64,000 bases of DNA from an archaeon. GTDB taxonomy: Archaea > Hydrothermarchaeota > Hydrothermarchaeia > JALTZZ01. A program made the translations under genes and the position numbers. This document shows positions 53,665 to 62,417 of this stretch, one piece after another. How positions within the stretch are numbered: position 1 is the stretch's first letter; each line of letters starts with the position of its first letter. The stretch is taken from the NCBI GenBank assembly GCA_027051165.1, contig JALTZZ010000029.1, positions 9,001 through 73,000 on the forward strand, given 5' to 3'. Below the pieces are notes generated by a model. It worked only from the letters and a program-made list of their open reading frames with translations. It was not told the origin of the DNA and made no database searches.

Positions 53665-55430
53665 AAATCGGAAGGGTTGAAATCCCTGCAATCACTAAAA
53701 TTGAAAAGAAACCTCTCAAGGGCGGAGTATATGAAATTAGCATAGATGGAGTATGCTTTAAGAATTCTACATTTAAAGATGAGCTTGACGTTCAGATAGA
53801 GAATATTCACAGTTTAAAGAGCGATGACTTGAGCGAGCCGAAGCTTATTCATGCGGTAGGTGTGAAATCACCTATAATCGTTGACAGTAAAGCTGGTTAT
53901 AACTTCATTGACTATGCAGGTCTGAGAGGCTTCATTGCTGTTAAAGAAATAAACGAGAATAAAGACGCTGAGAGGCTTAATATTAGGGAAGTAAGCATAT
54001 CAGGGTTCTATATGCCTGATACGATTTACAAGCGAGCTTTAAAGCTCAGCATCACAGACCTTCAAAACGACTGGGGCATAACAGGGAGAACTCTCGTAGC
54101 TCTTCCGCCAAACAGCAAGAATATAGGAGGGGCAACTGAGCTATACACGATTGACAGCGAGGACGGGCAGATAGGCATATACGAGGCAAGCGGAGATGAG
54201 GTGGCTTTTGACTGCGAATTGAGCGATGAAGAGCTCGGGGCGGTGACGGTGTGGGATACCAACAGCACTACAGCGCCTACAGAGACCGATTTAGCTAATA
54301 AATCAACAGGTGGAGTAGCATGGAGCAAAGTGTTAAACAAGGAGCATGATTTCGGGGATAATTGGATAGTAATAGAAAATGGATTAATAGCTATAGCAAT
54401 AAAAGATAACACACCAGAGGCTAAAGTGTTTTACTATAATACTGGGTGGAAAGAGTTAGGAGTTCTTACACTTAGATTTCCAAATTGGGGATTTATAGAT
54501 AGGGTAAGAATAACGTATATTAGCCCAGATATAGTAAAAATGAAAGTGTTCTTCACAGGAGATGCAGTAAATAACCCAGATGAATATGAGACAACAATTA
54601 TAAGCATATTTAGAGGAAAGAGTATCATAAATATAGAAACAATAGATAGAAATCCAGATAATGATTATTCAGTATGTCTTACAGTTTATGGAGATTTCTT
54701 TGTTTCAGATACTTATGTGAAGGATAGAACACTATTTCCATCTATATATACGGATGGAACAAACCAATATGCTATTCAATTTAAAAAGAACAGCGATTTT
54801 ATAGCATTAATATATAATACTAAGCAGAGACTACTAAACGTTTCTTTTGGATTAAGAGTTGGAATTCCAAACATGAAATACTATGGTTTTGCTATAATTC
54901 CGTTTGATACAACTAAATTATTTGCAGAAGCTGAGAATGGAACAATAAGTGGTGATACTACAAATGTTTTCGTAGATTCTGATGTAGATGCAAGCAACGG
55001 ACAGGCAGTTAAATTTCAGCCCGTAACAGCTAATAGCTATATAGTAATAGCAAATATGACAGGACTACCAGCTGGCAAGTATAGAATCTTCTATAGAATA
55101 AAAGTTGATGATAATACTGATACCAACTATGTAGTAAGAATATATACAGTTAACGTTGATACAGGAGAATATCCTAACAGCACAATACTAACGGGAACAG
55201 ATTTTACGAGTGCTAATACGTATGAGTATAAGTATTTTGACATAGATTATGATGGAGTTAGCAATATAAGCATAAGAGCAAGCAGAGCAACCACATACAG
55301 CTCTACAACAAGTGCGTGGATAGATTATGTGCTCATAGTTCCAATCACCAACGGCAAAAACTTCCCGCAAGACATAGCACATGATGCAATGAGGCTTGTG
55401 GAACCGAGAAGAGTTTTAAAAGTGAGATAA
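53661..55430 (+). CDS. Large hypothetical virion protein (possible tail fibre/receptor-binding; AT-rich C-terminal half)
   Basis: 589 aa, beta-rich and Asn/Thr/Tyr-rich C-terminal half; translationally coupled to the chaperone extension. Confidence 0.35.
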   Translation: MKIGRVEIPAITKIEKKPLKGGVYEISIDGVCFKNSTFKDELDVQIENIHSLKSDDLSEPKLIHAVGVKSPIIVDSKAGYNFIDYAGLRGFIAVKEINENKDAERLNIREVSISGFYMPDTIYKRALKLSITDLQNDWGITGRTLVALPPNSKNIGGATELYTIDSEDGQIGIYEASGDEVAFDCELSDEELGAVTVWDTNSTTAPTETDLANKSTGGVAWSKVLNKEHDFGDNWIVIENGLIAIAIKDNTPEAKVFYYNTGWKELGVLTLRFPNWGFIDRVRITYISPDIVKMKVFFTGDAVNNPDEYETTIISIFRGKSIINIETIDRNPDNDYSVCLTVYGDFFVSDTYVKDRTLFPSIYTDGTNQYAIQFKKNSDFIALIYNTKQRLLNVSFGLRVGIPNMKYYGFAIIPFDTTKLFAEAENGTISGDTTNVFVDSDVDASNGQAVKFQPVTANSYIVIANMTGLPAGKYRIFYRIKVDDNTDTNYVVRIYTVNVDTGEYPNSTILTGTDFTSANTYEYKYFDIDYDGVSNISIRASRATTYSSTTSAWIDYVLIVPITNGKNFPQDIAHDAMRLVEPRRVLKVR

Positions 55431-55523
55431 TTTTATTTATTTGTTTTTGTTTAAGTGTAAAATGTTGCAACACTATTACTATTATCTATTGTAACGCTTA
55501 TAGCTATTGTTTTGAAGTAATTT

Positions 55524-56657
55524 TTATTTAATTTCGATTATAATTTTAATTCTTTCTTTCTTCGAATCCAAGATGTAATAATCTTCGGGTATAAACTTCC
55601 AGCCATCAGGAATTCTCTCTTTTATTTTATTAGCACTATTTTCTTCTTTCTGTGCTTCGCTTAATTTACGTTCATGTTCTAACAATAAACTACCCCAATT
55701 TTTACACGAACCCGTAATTCTGCAATTTTGTATGTATAAATACCAATATGCTTCTTTATACTTTCTGCAAGCCCATTTCATTTTGTTTGTCCATTCTCTT
55801 AGCTTTCTTAAGTTTTCTTTGTCAATGCTTCCCAAATATCTACCTTCCTCGCTTAGAATACTGTTCAAACGCTTCTCGGCTGATGAGAAATGCTCTTCGC
55901 ATTTCCTTGCATCATAATATATATCATATACACTTTCGTTGACGATCCTTATTCTTGGTCTAAATGCGTTGTAACTTTTTAGGGCATTGTCAATATCTTC
56001 TTTCGCATACATGTATTTATAAACTGCTTTCTCTGAAATTAATAAACAATTTCTTAAAAATGGTGGTTCCTCGTATAATAACCATTCATTACCTTCTTTT
56101 TTAAGAGTGTAGTGTCTTTTTATCAACAACTTCGGAGATTCGAGTTTAAAATAAACTTCTGCAGTATTATCCTTCACTTTCGTTTTAATTATCTCAACGT
56201 CAAAGCCTTCTTCCTCAGATAAAAGAAGCTCAGCGTTTCTTTCTATTATTCTGTCTGCTGTCCAGTCAAGCCCTCTTTCCTCTCTACATTTTTCTTCTAT
56301 ACGGTTTTTTATATCTTTATGGACGTATTTCGGAACTTCATTAAAATCTTTATACGCTATAGCGTCGAAAAATGCTTTTATTGTTTTTGCTGGTTCTGGA
56401 GAGTTTTCTTTACTTTTATTTCTGCTTGAATTTTGTTTACTTAAATTCTGTTGAACGTTTTTCTGTTCTTCAATTTCTTTTGTTTTATTTTCTACTTTGG
56501 CTGGTTTAGGAACTTCAATTTTTTCTTCCTGTTTAGTTATATTTTGTTTTTCGAGCTCTTTTACTTGTAGTTGTTGTTCTTCTTGTATTTTTTGAACCTG
56601 CTCACATCCTGTTAACAATATTACTAAAAGCATGAAAACCATAAGTTTGTGCTTCAT
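55524..56657 (-). CDS. Lipoprotein (signal peptide plus lipobox LLTGC), oppositely oriented inserted gene
   Basis: MKHKLMVFMLLVILLTGCEQ is a signal peptide with a lipobox; a Lys/Glu-rich linker follows, then a globular domain; lies in an AT-rich island between tail genes. Confidence 0.45.
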   Translation of the reverse strand: MKHKLMVFMLLVILLTGCEQVQKIQEEQQLQVKELEKQNITKQEEKIEVPKPAKVENKTKEIEEQKNVQQNLSKQNSSRNKSKENSPEPAKTIKAFFDAIAYKDFNEVPKYVHKDIKNRIEEKCREERGLDWTADRIIERNAELLLSEEEGFDVEIIKTKVKDNTAEVYFKLESPKLLIKRHYTLKKEGNEWLLYEEPPFLRNCLLISEKAVYKYMYAKEDIDNALKSYNAFRPRIRIVNESVYDIYYDARKCEEHFSSAEKRLNSILSEEGRYLGSIDKENLRKLREWTNKMKWACRKYKEAYWYLYIQNCRITGSCKNWGSLLLEHERKLSEAQKEENSANKIKERIPDGWKFIPEDYYILDSKKERIKIIIEIK

Positions 56658-56692
56658 TGTTATATTATCTTCTTTCTCATCATTTTTAAAGT

Positions 56693-56705
56693 CTTCGTTT
56701 TAAAG
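56693..56705 (+). promoter_or_regulatory. Provirus motif TTTTTAAAGTCTT upstream of the TMP gene (only 8 nt from ATG 56714)
   Basis: Member of the recurrent family with atypically short spacing. Confidence 0.3.
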
Positions 56706-56713
56706 CAAAAAAT

Positions 56714-59455
56714 ATGCCAACCGTAGAGGAACTAATCGTAAAAATAAAAGCTGATGTGGCGAGTTTACAAGCTGGTTTAGTCAAAGCTCGTGAAATGCTC
56801 AGCGATTTCACAGATAAGGTTGAAAAACTAAGCAAAAGCATGCGAAGCATGGCACTAAAAATGATGGCTGTAGGCGGGGCAGTTTCAGCAGGATTCGGTT
56901 TAGCAATCAAGGAAGGAATGGAACTCGAGCAACAAATGGCATACGTAGCAAAAACGACGGGTTTAGCAGGAGAACAGCTTATAGAGCTTAGAGATAGCTT
57001 GCTCGCATTGAGCACACAGATGCCTACATCAGTTGAAGAACTCGCACAGATAGCACAGATAGCAGGTCAGCTTGGTATACAGGGTAGAGCAGCAATCCTC
57101 GAGTTCACGAAAACAGTTGCACAGATGAGCGTAGCTTTTGATATGACTGCTGAAGATGCTACAATAAACATGGCAAAAATTGCAGGTGCTTTTGCATTGC
57201 CCATTAAACAAGTTAAAAATCTCGCAAGCGCTATAAACGTTTTGGGTAATACAACAGCAGCTGCAGAGAGAGAAATTTTAAACGCTCTAAGAAGGTTTGC
57301 AGGTGTAGCCTCTCAGTTTAATATAACGGCTGACTCAGCTTCTGCACTTGTTGCAACGTTAATTGCCCTTGGTGAAGAGCCAGAAAGAGCTGGCTATCGC
57401 TTGTCATCAGCTATTCTCGATCTCACGGACAATTTAGATAAACTTGCACTACAAATGAGGACAACTGTTGAGGAACTTAAGAAACGTTTAGATATGGGTG
57501 ATGCTTTAGGGGTCCTTCTCGACTATTTGAACTACTTGAGACGTATACCAAGCGAAACAGAAAGAGCGGCACTGGCACAGGAAGTATTTTCAGCAGATGC
57601 ATACAGGGCAGTAGCTAAGCTTATAACAGCTTACGACACTCTTCAAGTAAACTTAAAAAATGCTCAGCAAGGCTTTATAGAAGGAACAGCACTTGCGAAG
57701 GAGTATGAGAACGCAACAGCAACGTTGGCGGCACAATTCCAGAGATTAAAGAATGCTATGAAGCTAATAATGATTAAGGTTTTTGATAAAATAAAACCTG
57801 ATTTGGACAATTTTGTAACAAGTATCGAGAGAGCGCTTCCACAGATTTACGCTTTTGCGATAGTATTTGCTAAAACGCTAATTCCAACGTTAAAGCAGTT
57901 TGGTCAGGCTTTATTATCACTTATGAAGTGGTTCATGAACTTGTCTCCGGCTCAGAGAGAGGCATTAATAAAGTTTACTGCGATAGGCACGGCTGTAACC
58001 ATGCTTTTAGGACCGTTGCTACTATTAGCATCGTTTACACTTCCGCTTTTAGCGAAAAGCTTTAAAATGGTTGCTGGAGCTGCATTGTTCAGCACAAGGG
58101 CATTGTTAGCTTTCAGAAGCGGTGCGATATCGGCGAGAATGGTGAGCATAGCAACAGCTATAAGTTTAGCAAGACTCAGAGCAGCTTTATTTGCAGTTTC
58201 AAGGGTAGCAGGAGTTATAGGTCTAATAACAGGTGCTTTGTGGGCTATAAACAAGGGCGTTGAGAAATTTACAGGTAAGGCACTAACAACAAGAATAATG
58301 GAGAGGATCGAAGGAACATGGTTCGGCAAAGCAATATCGAGCTTAAAAGAAAAACTTGGATTACAAAAGCAAATTACAGATGAAAAGAAAGAGGAACTTG
58401 AGATAGAAAGAGAAATGAAAGAATTTGAGGATATTATGAAAAAGATAAAAGAAGAACAGCTTAAAATAGAAACTGCAATAAAAAATATTAAACAAGAAAC
58501 GTTAGAATACACGTTTGAGCAATCAAAACAAGAAAAAATAAACTTAGACTTGCTAACTAAAGCTGTTGAAATTTACAATAAACTCATAGCTCTTAAGGTT
58601 AAGGGCAAGGAACTAACAGTTAGGGAGCAGGCAGAACTGGCTTGGGCTTCTGATATTATAAGCGAAGCTAAAAAGCTATACGAGGATCTCGTAGCTAAGC
58701 AAATGCAAGGTGAACAGCTTACAAGTTCGCAGGTGACAACCTTATCGCAACTACAGGCGATTTTGAGCGGTGTTGTTAGCGAAGCAGAGTTATTAAGTAA
58801 TGCTTTCGGTAAAGCAGGTTTTAAAATAGATGAAATAAGAGAGAAAGCAAGACAGCTTGCTGAGGAAGCACATAGATACTTACAGGAAATCGGAGCAGAA
58901 GAAAAGCCAGCACCGCCAAAGCCATATATACCGCATAAACTCGAAGATACCGTGCAAGAGTTCGTTAGAAGATTTAGAGAAGAGCTTGGAATCGACAAGG
59001 CAAGAGAGTTGGCAGTCAAGTTCTATGAGGAGTTCTGGCATGTAACTGTTAGCGAGGAGAAGAAGCGTGAGCTCGGTATAAAAGTCAAAGCTAAGGTTGA
59101 CAAAACAGAATTAGAGGAATTTTTAAATCAAAAAGTAGAAAAAGTTATTGACATAGTTCCAAATATGGAAAACTTAAAAATACAAGATTTAACAGCTAAT
59201 TTAAAGATAAATACAGATACGACAGTTTTACAAACAGTTAATGATATGCTTACAAATATACAGACAAAAATAAATAATTTGAATGCCATTGTGTTGAGTC
59301 CACTTATAACACAATTTTCAAGCTTGGCTGGTGCAATAAACAACGTATATAACAAACTTGAAGCTGTTGAAGCTAAGTTAAACTCTTTGCAAGGAAAAAG
59401 AATTGATGTTTACATAGACTTACACAACGACCTCGCAAGGAGGGGTGTATTCTAA
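56714..59455 (+). CDS. Tail tape measure protein
   Basis: 913 aa; TMP-family N-terminal region (AVGGAVSAGFGLA...LAGEQLIELRDSLLALSTQMPTSVEELAQIAQIAGQLG); central hydrophobic helices; long coiled coils. Confidence 0.75.
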   Translation: MPTVEELIVKIKADVASLQAGLVKAREMLSDFTDKVEKLSKSMRSMALKMMAVGGAVSAGFGLAIKEGMELEQQMAYVAKTTGLAGEQLIELRDSLLALSTQMPTSVEELAQIAQIAGQLGIQGRAAILEFTKTVAQMSVAFDMTAEDATINMAKIAGAFALPIKQVKNLASAINVLGNTTAAAEREILNALRRFAGVASQFNITADSASALVATLIALGEEPERAGYRLSSAILDLTDNLDKLALQMRTTVEELKKRLDMGDALGVLLDYLNYLRRIPSETERAALAQEVFSADAYRAVAKLITAYDTLQVNLKNAQQGFIEGTALAKEYENATATLAAQFQRLKNAMKLIMIKVFDKIKPDLDNFVTSIERALPQIYAFAIVFAKTLIPTLKQFGQALLSLMKWFMNLSPAQREALIKFTAIGTAVTMLLGPLLLLASFTLPLLAKSFKMVAGAALFSTRALLAFRSGAISARMVSIATAISLARLRAALFAVSRVAGVIGLITGALWAINKGVEKFTGKALTTRIMERIEGTWFGKAISSLKEKLGLQKQITDEKKEELEIEREMKEFEDIMKKIKEEQLKIETAIKNIKQETLEYTFEQSKQEKINLDLLTKAVEIYNKLIALKVKGKELTVREQAELAWASDIISEAKKLYEDLVAKQMQGEQLTSSQVTTLSQLQAILSGVVSEAELLSNAFGKAGFKIDEIREKARQLAEEAHRYLQEIGAEEKPAPPKPYIPHKLEDTVQEFVRRFREELGIDKARELAVKFYEEFWHVTVSEEKKRELGIKVKAKVDKTELEEFLNQKVEKVIDIVPNMENLKIQDLTANLKINTDTTVLQTVNDMLTNIQTKINNLNAIVLSPLITQFSSLAGAINNVYNKLEAVEAKLNSLQGKRIDVYIDLHNDLARRGVF

Positions 59456-61938
59456 TGCTTCCAATGCAGGGAGAAGTTAAGGTTTATATTGCTAACAAGC
59501 TTATAGACAAAGTTAAACGTTGTGAAGTAAGGCAAGCTGTAAGCATAGCAAATGGTGAAGCGGTAATTGAACTTGAAAACATAACAGAGGAATACAACGA
59601 CATTAATGTCAATGATACAGTTGAAATATATGCAAGCGATGCATGGGCTACAGACAAGTTAATTTTCAAGGGATACGTAAGAAGCATAAAGCATATTATA
59701 AGAAATGAGGAAAATATTATACAGATAAGAGCAGTTGACGACACGAACAAGCTCCATTATCGTTTTGTCAATGCAGAAGAGTTCTACGTCTGGGAAATCG
59801 GCGATTTGGTTAAGGAGATAGTTAAAGATTTAGGATTTGACACGAGCAACGTAAATAGCAGTTTTATAGCAACAGAAGCGGGGCCAACTGCAAGCTACAA
59901 CTCCGGAGCAGCAACAATGCTAAATGGTGGAGTAACATTCACATGCACATGGAGCGACCTTGATAGCTACATTTACGTAAAGCTGAGAGGCGGAAGCTAC
60001 GAGTTCAGGATGGGCAAAAGTGGTAATGGTGCATATTTTGAGTTCTGGAAGGGTTCAACAAGACTGAGCTACTTCACACTAAACGATTTCATCTTTTCTC
60101 AAGACTTTGAAGTAAGGCTTGTTGCAAGAGGCTCTGAGTTTAGGGTATACGTAAAAGACGCTCAAATGCAAACGTATACTAAAGTGCTTGATGTTGTGGA
60201 TGAGGAATTTCAGAACGCAGGTTATGTTGAGATAGGTAGTGATGCTGGCAATTCTGCTTTCTCAAATATCAAAATTATAGACGAAAACAACATGATTGAG
60301 CATATACAAGTTAAGGGCCGTAGTTTGTTTGATGTTTTACAAGAATTAGCTGAAGCTAAAGCAATTCATGACGAGTATCACGACTTTTGGGTTGATGACG
60401 GAAAATTATATTTTGTTAGACGTGGCTGGCAGGATACAGGCATAACATTGACGCAAACAACCAATATAAATAAAAATACATGTACTATTCTCGAAAGCGA
60501 GTTTGAGAAATCGCTCTTAGAGGTAAGAAATAAAATAATTGTAAACGGGGCAACGGTGGAGAGGTATTATCCTTGGGATGGAGACATGTTTACAGAAAAA
60601 GCAGCAAACCTATGGATAGGATGGCTTACATGGCAAAAATTAAGGAATTTAGAAGGTTATAACTTAGCAGATAGCAATGATGCAATGGTTGGATTAGCAA
60701 GTATATATATGGCTGCAAGCGGTCTTTCTACAAATTATGGCACCGCACATTTTTGGTTTAATCTTCCAAAGACCATTAATTTAAATATTTTTAAAAGTTT
60801 AAAGTTATGGAAAAAAGCTGTTGGTTATGGTTCTGGTAATATACAGTATATCATGCTGGCATCTGATTATGCATTGAAAAAATATCATGGAAACGCAAAT
60901 GCTACAGAAAATATTGTTTCTGGTAGATATTATGCAATGCCATTTATTGCAAGTTCTGACAGAATAACGCTTTTAGCAGTAAAAGTTGATTATTCTGCAG
61001 ATAGTATAACCGGTGGGAACGTTGAATTTTATTTATATGATGATAATAATGGTATACCGGGTAATTTAATAGCATCTGCTTCATGGAGCTATGCAAATAT
61101 ACAGCTTGGAGGTTGGTGGTGGGTAGAATTCAACGTTTCTGTAGTTCCGGGACAAAAATACTGGCTTGTTTTTAGATCAACACTAACATTTTCTGTATTA
61201 AACTATTATTACTTATATTATGACAGCTCTGGTAACGGAATGCTGTATAGTGACGATGGTACAACATGGAACAATTTTACAGGTGGAACAGCACTCATAG
61301 AAATACGTGAGCCACAAGATTATTTCTATAAAAGTATAGGAGCTAATGAGAGTTGGAATGAAAAAGAGCTTGAAATAGGACCGTTATCTTCATGGAATGT
61401 CGTTGGAAATCCAGACTGGAATAATATAAAAAGTATAGGCATAACATGGACGGATACTGGTGGGACAAGTTATACTGATATTGTATATATTGACGGTCTT
61501 CATTTTGTAAAGCCAAGCGAAAAAGTAACAGTTGTAGCCGAAGACGCTAACTCTCAAGCTCGGTATGGTGTTAGAGAGTTGATAATAAACGATGCAAGTA
61601 TAGCAAGTGAGCAGAGGGCGAGAGACGTTGCGAAAGCAAAGTTAGCGTTGCTTAGGGACGTGAAGAGGCGTGGACGTGTAATTTGTAACGGTAACGTAAA
61701 CCTGCAAGCTGGAAAAATTGTTACTGTTAATATCCCATTACAGGGAATAAACAATGAAAAACTGAGAATTCTTGAAGCTGTGCATAGATTTAACCTTGAA
61801 ACAAAAGAATACCTGTGTGAGTTAAACCTCGATGAAGATTATCCGGCTTTAGATGCAATTTTAAAGAAACAGAAAAAAGAGCTTGACGAAGTAAGAGCAA
61901 GAGTTGCGGCATTAGAGAGTCTTATTGTCAAAACATAA
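59455..61938 (+). CDS. Putative distal tail/baseplate protein with large C-terminal extension
   Basis: 827 aa; starts at the TMP stop (ATGCTTCC overlap), the typical Dit position; the C-terminal ~500 aa are Gly/Asn/Tyr/Trp-rich and beta-rich (receptor-binding-like). Confidence 0.4.
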   Translation: MLPMQGEVKVYIANKLIDKVKRCEVRQAVSIANGEAVIELENITEEYNDINVNDTVEIYASDAWATDKLIFKGYVRSIKHIIRNEENIIQIRAVDDTNKLHYRFVNAEEFYVWEIGDLVKEIVKDLGFDTSNVNSSFIATEAGPTASYNSGAATMLNGGVTFTCTWSDLDSYIYVKLRGGSYEFRMGKSGNGAYFEFWKGSTRLSYFTLNDFIFSQDFEVRLVARGSEFRVYVKDAQMQTYTKVLDVVDEEFQNAGYVEIGSDAGNSAFSNIKIIDENNMIEHIQVKGRSLFDVLQELAEAKAIHDEYHDFWVDDGKLYFVRRGWQDTGITLTQTTNINKNTCTILESEFEKSLLEVRNKIIVNGATVERYYPWDGDMFTEKAANLWIGWLTWQKLRNLEGYNLADSNDAMVGLASIYMAASGLSTNYGTAHFWFNLPKTINLNIFKSLKLWKKAVGYGSGNIQYIMLASDYALKKYHGNANATENIVSGRYYAMPFIASSDRITLLAVKVDYSADSITGGNVEFYLYDDNNGIPGNLIASASWSYANIQLGGWWWVEFNVSVVPGQKYWLVFRSTLTFSVLNYYYLYYDSSGNGMLYSDDGTTWNNFTGGTALIEIREPQDYFYKSIGANESWNEKELEIGPLSSWNVVGNPDWNNIKSIGITWTDTGGTSYTDIVYIDGLHFVKPSEKVTVVAEDANSQARYGVRELIINDASIASEQRARDVAKAKLALLRDVKRRGRVICNGNVNLQAGKIVTVNIPLQGINNEKLRILEAVHRFNLETKEYLCELNLDEDYPALDAILKKQKKELDEVRARVAALESLIVKT

Positions 61939-61943
61939 TATTA

Positions 61944-61956
61944 TTTTTAAAGTCTT
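61944..61956 (+). promoter_or_regulatory. Provirus promoter motif TTTTTAAAGTCTT (AAAGTCT 26 nt upstream of ATG 61975)
   Basis: Member of the recurrent family. Confidence 0.45.
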
Positions 61957-61974
61957 CTCTTCCCGAAGATAAGC

Positions 61975-62211
61975 ATGGGAAGAATAAAAAGATTCATAAT
62001 ATTCCTAAGTTTCGTGATAGCTTATTTTTACTTCATATTGCTCGTAGCGACTTTTTTAGCAGCTTATGGAAGCGAAACAAAACAAGTTATAGTAGATATA
62101 AACAGCTTCGGAGAAGCAAACTTTGAGTATATTCTGTTTACGATTCTCGTGGCGATCACTACGGTTGGGTTTTACTATTTCTTTGAATGGCTTGATGAAC
62201 GTTTACAGTAA
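61975..62211 (+). CDS. Small 2-TM membrane protein (holin-like candidate)
   Basis: 78 aa with two hydrophobic helices and a charged C-terminus; last gene of the + strand module. Confidence 0.3.
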   Translation: MGRIKRFIIFLSFVIAYFYFILLVATFLAAYGSETKQVIVDINSFGEANFEYILFTILVAITTVGFYYFFEWLDERLQ

Positions 62212-62270
62212 GATTTATATGCTTTTCACGACATAATAACGTATGTAGACGCCTTCGTGATCACCGGTGA

Positions 62271-62341
62271 ATAAGTGATTTGGGCCCGGGCAGTGACGGC
62301 AGCGACGGGCCAGCAAGAGCGCCCGGGCCCACCTTCTTGTT
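62271..62341. other. GC-rich island with an 11-bp-arm hairpin TGGGCCCGGGC-N29-GCCCGGGCCCA and palindrome TCACCGGTGA
   Basis: Stands out against the AT-rich background; lies between the 3' end of int(C) and the holin-like gene. Confidence 0.6.
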
Positions 62342-62417
62342 AAACTATAAAACTCGAGATAATAAGTTATAAGTCCCGGTAGTGAGATCCTGCTGCACAC
62401 TGTTTATAATTTATAAA

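Noticed and set aside
57952-59355. Minus-strand ORFs inside the tape measure gene
   Set aside because: Antisense Ser/Leu/Ala-rich low-complexity translations.
62215-62400. 61-aa minus-strand ORF
   Set aside because: Created by the GC-rich hairpin island; Arg/Ala/Leu-rich artefact.
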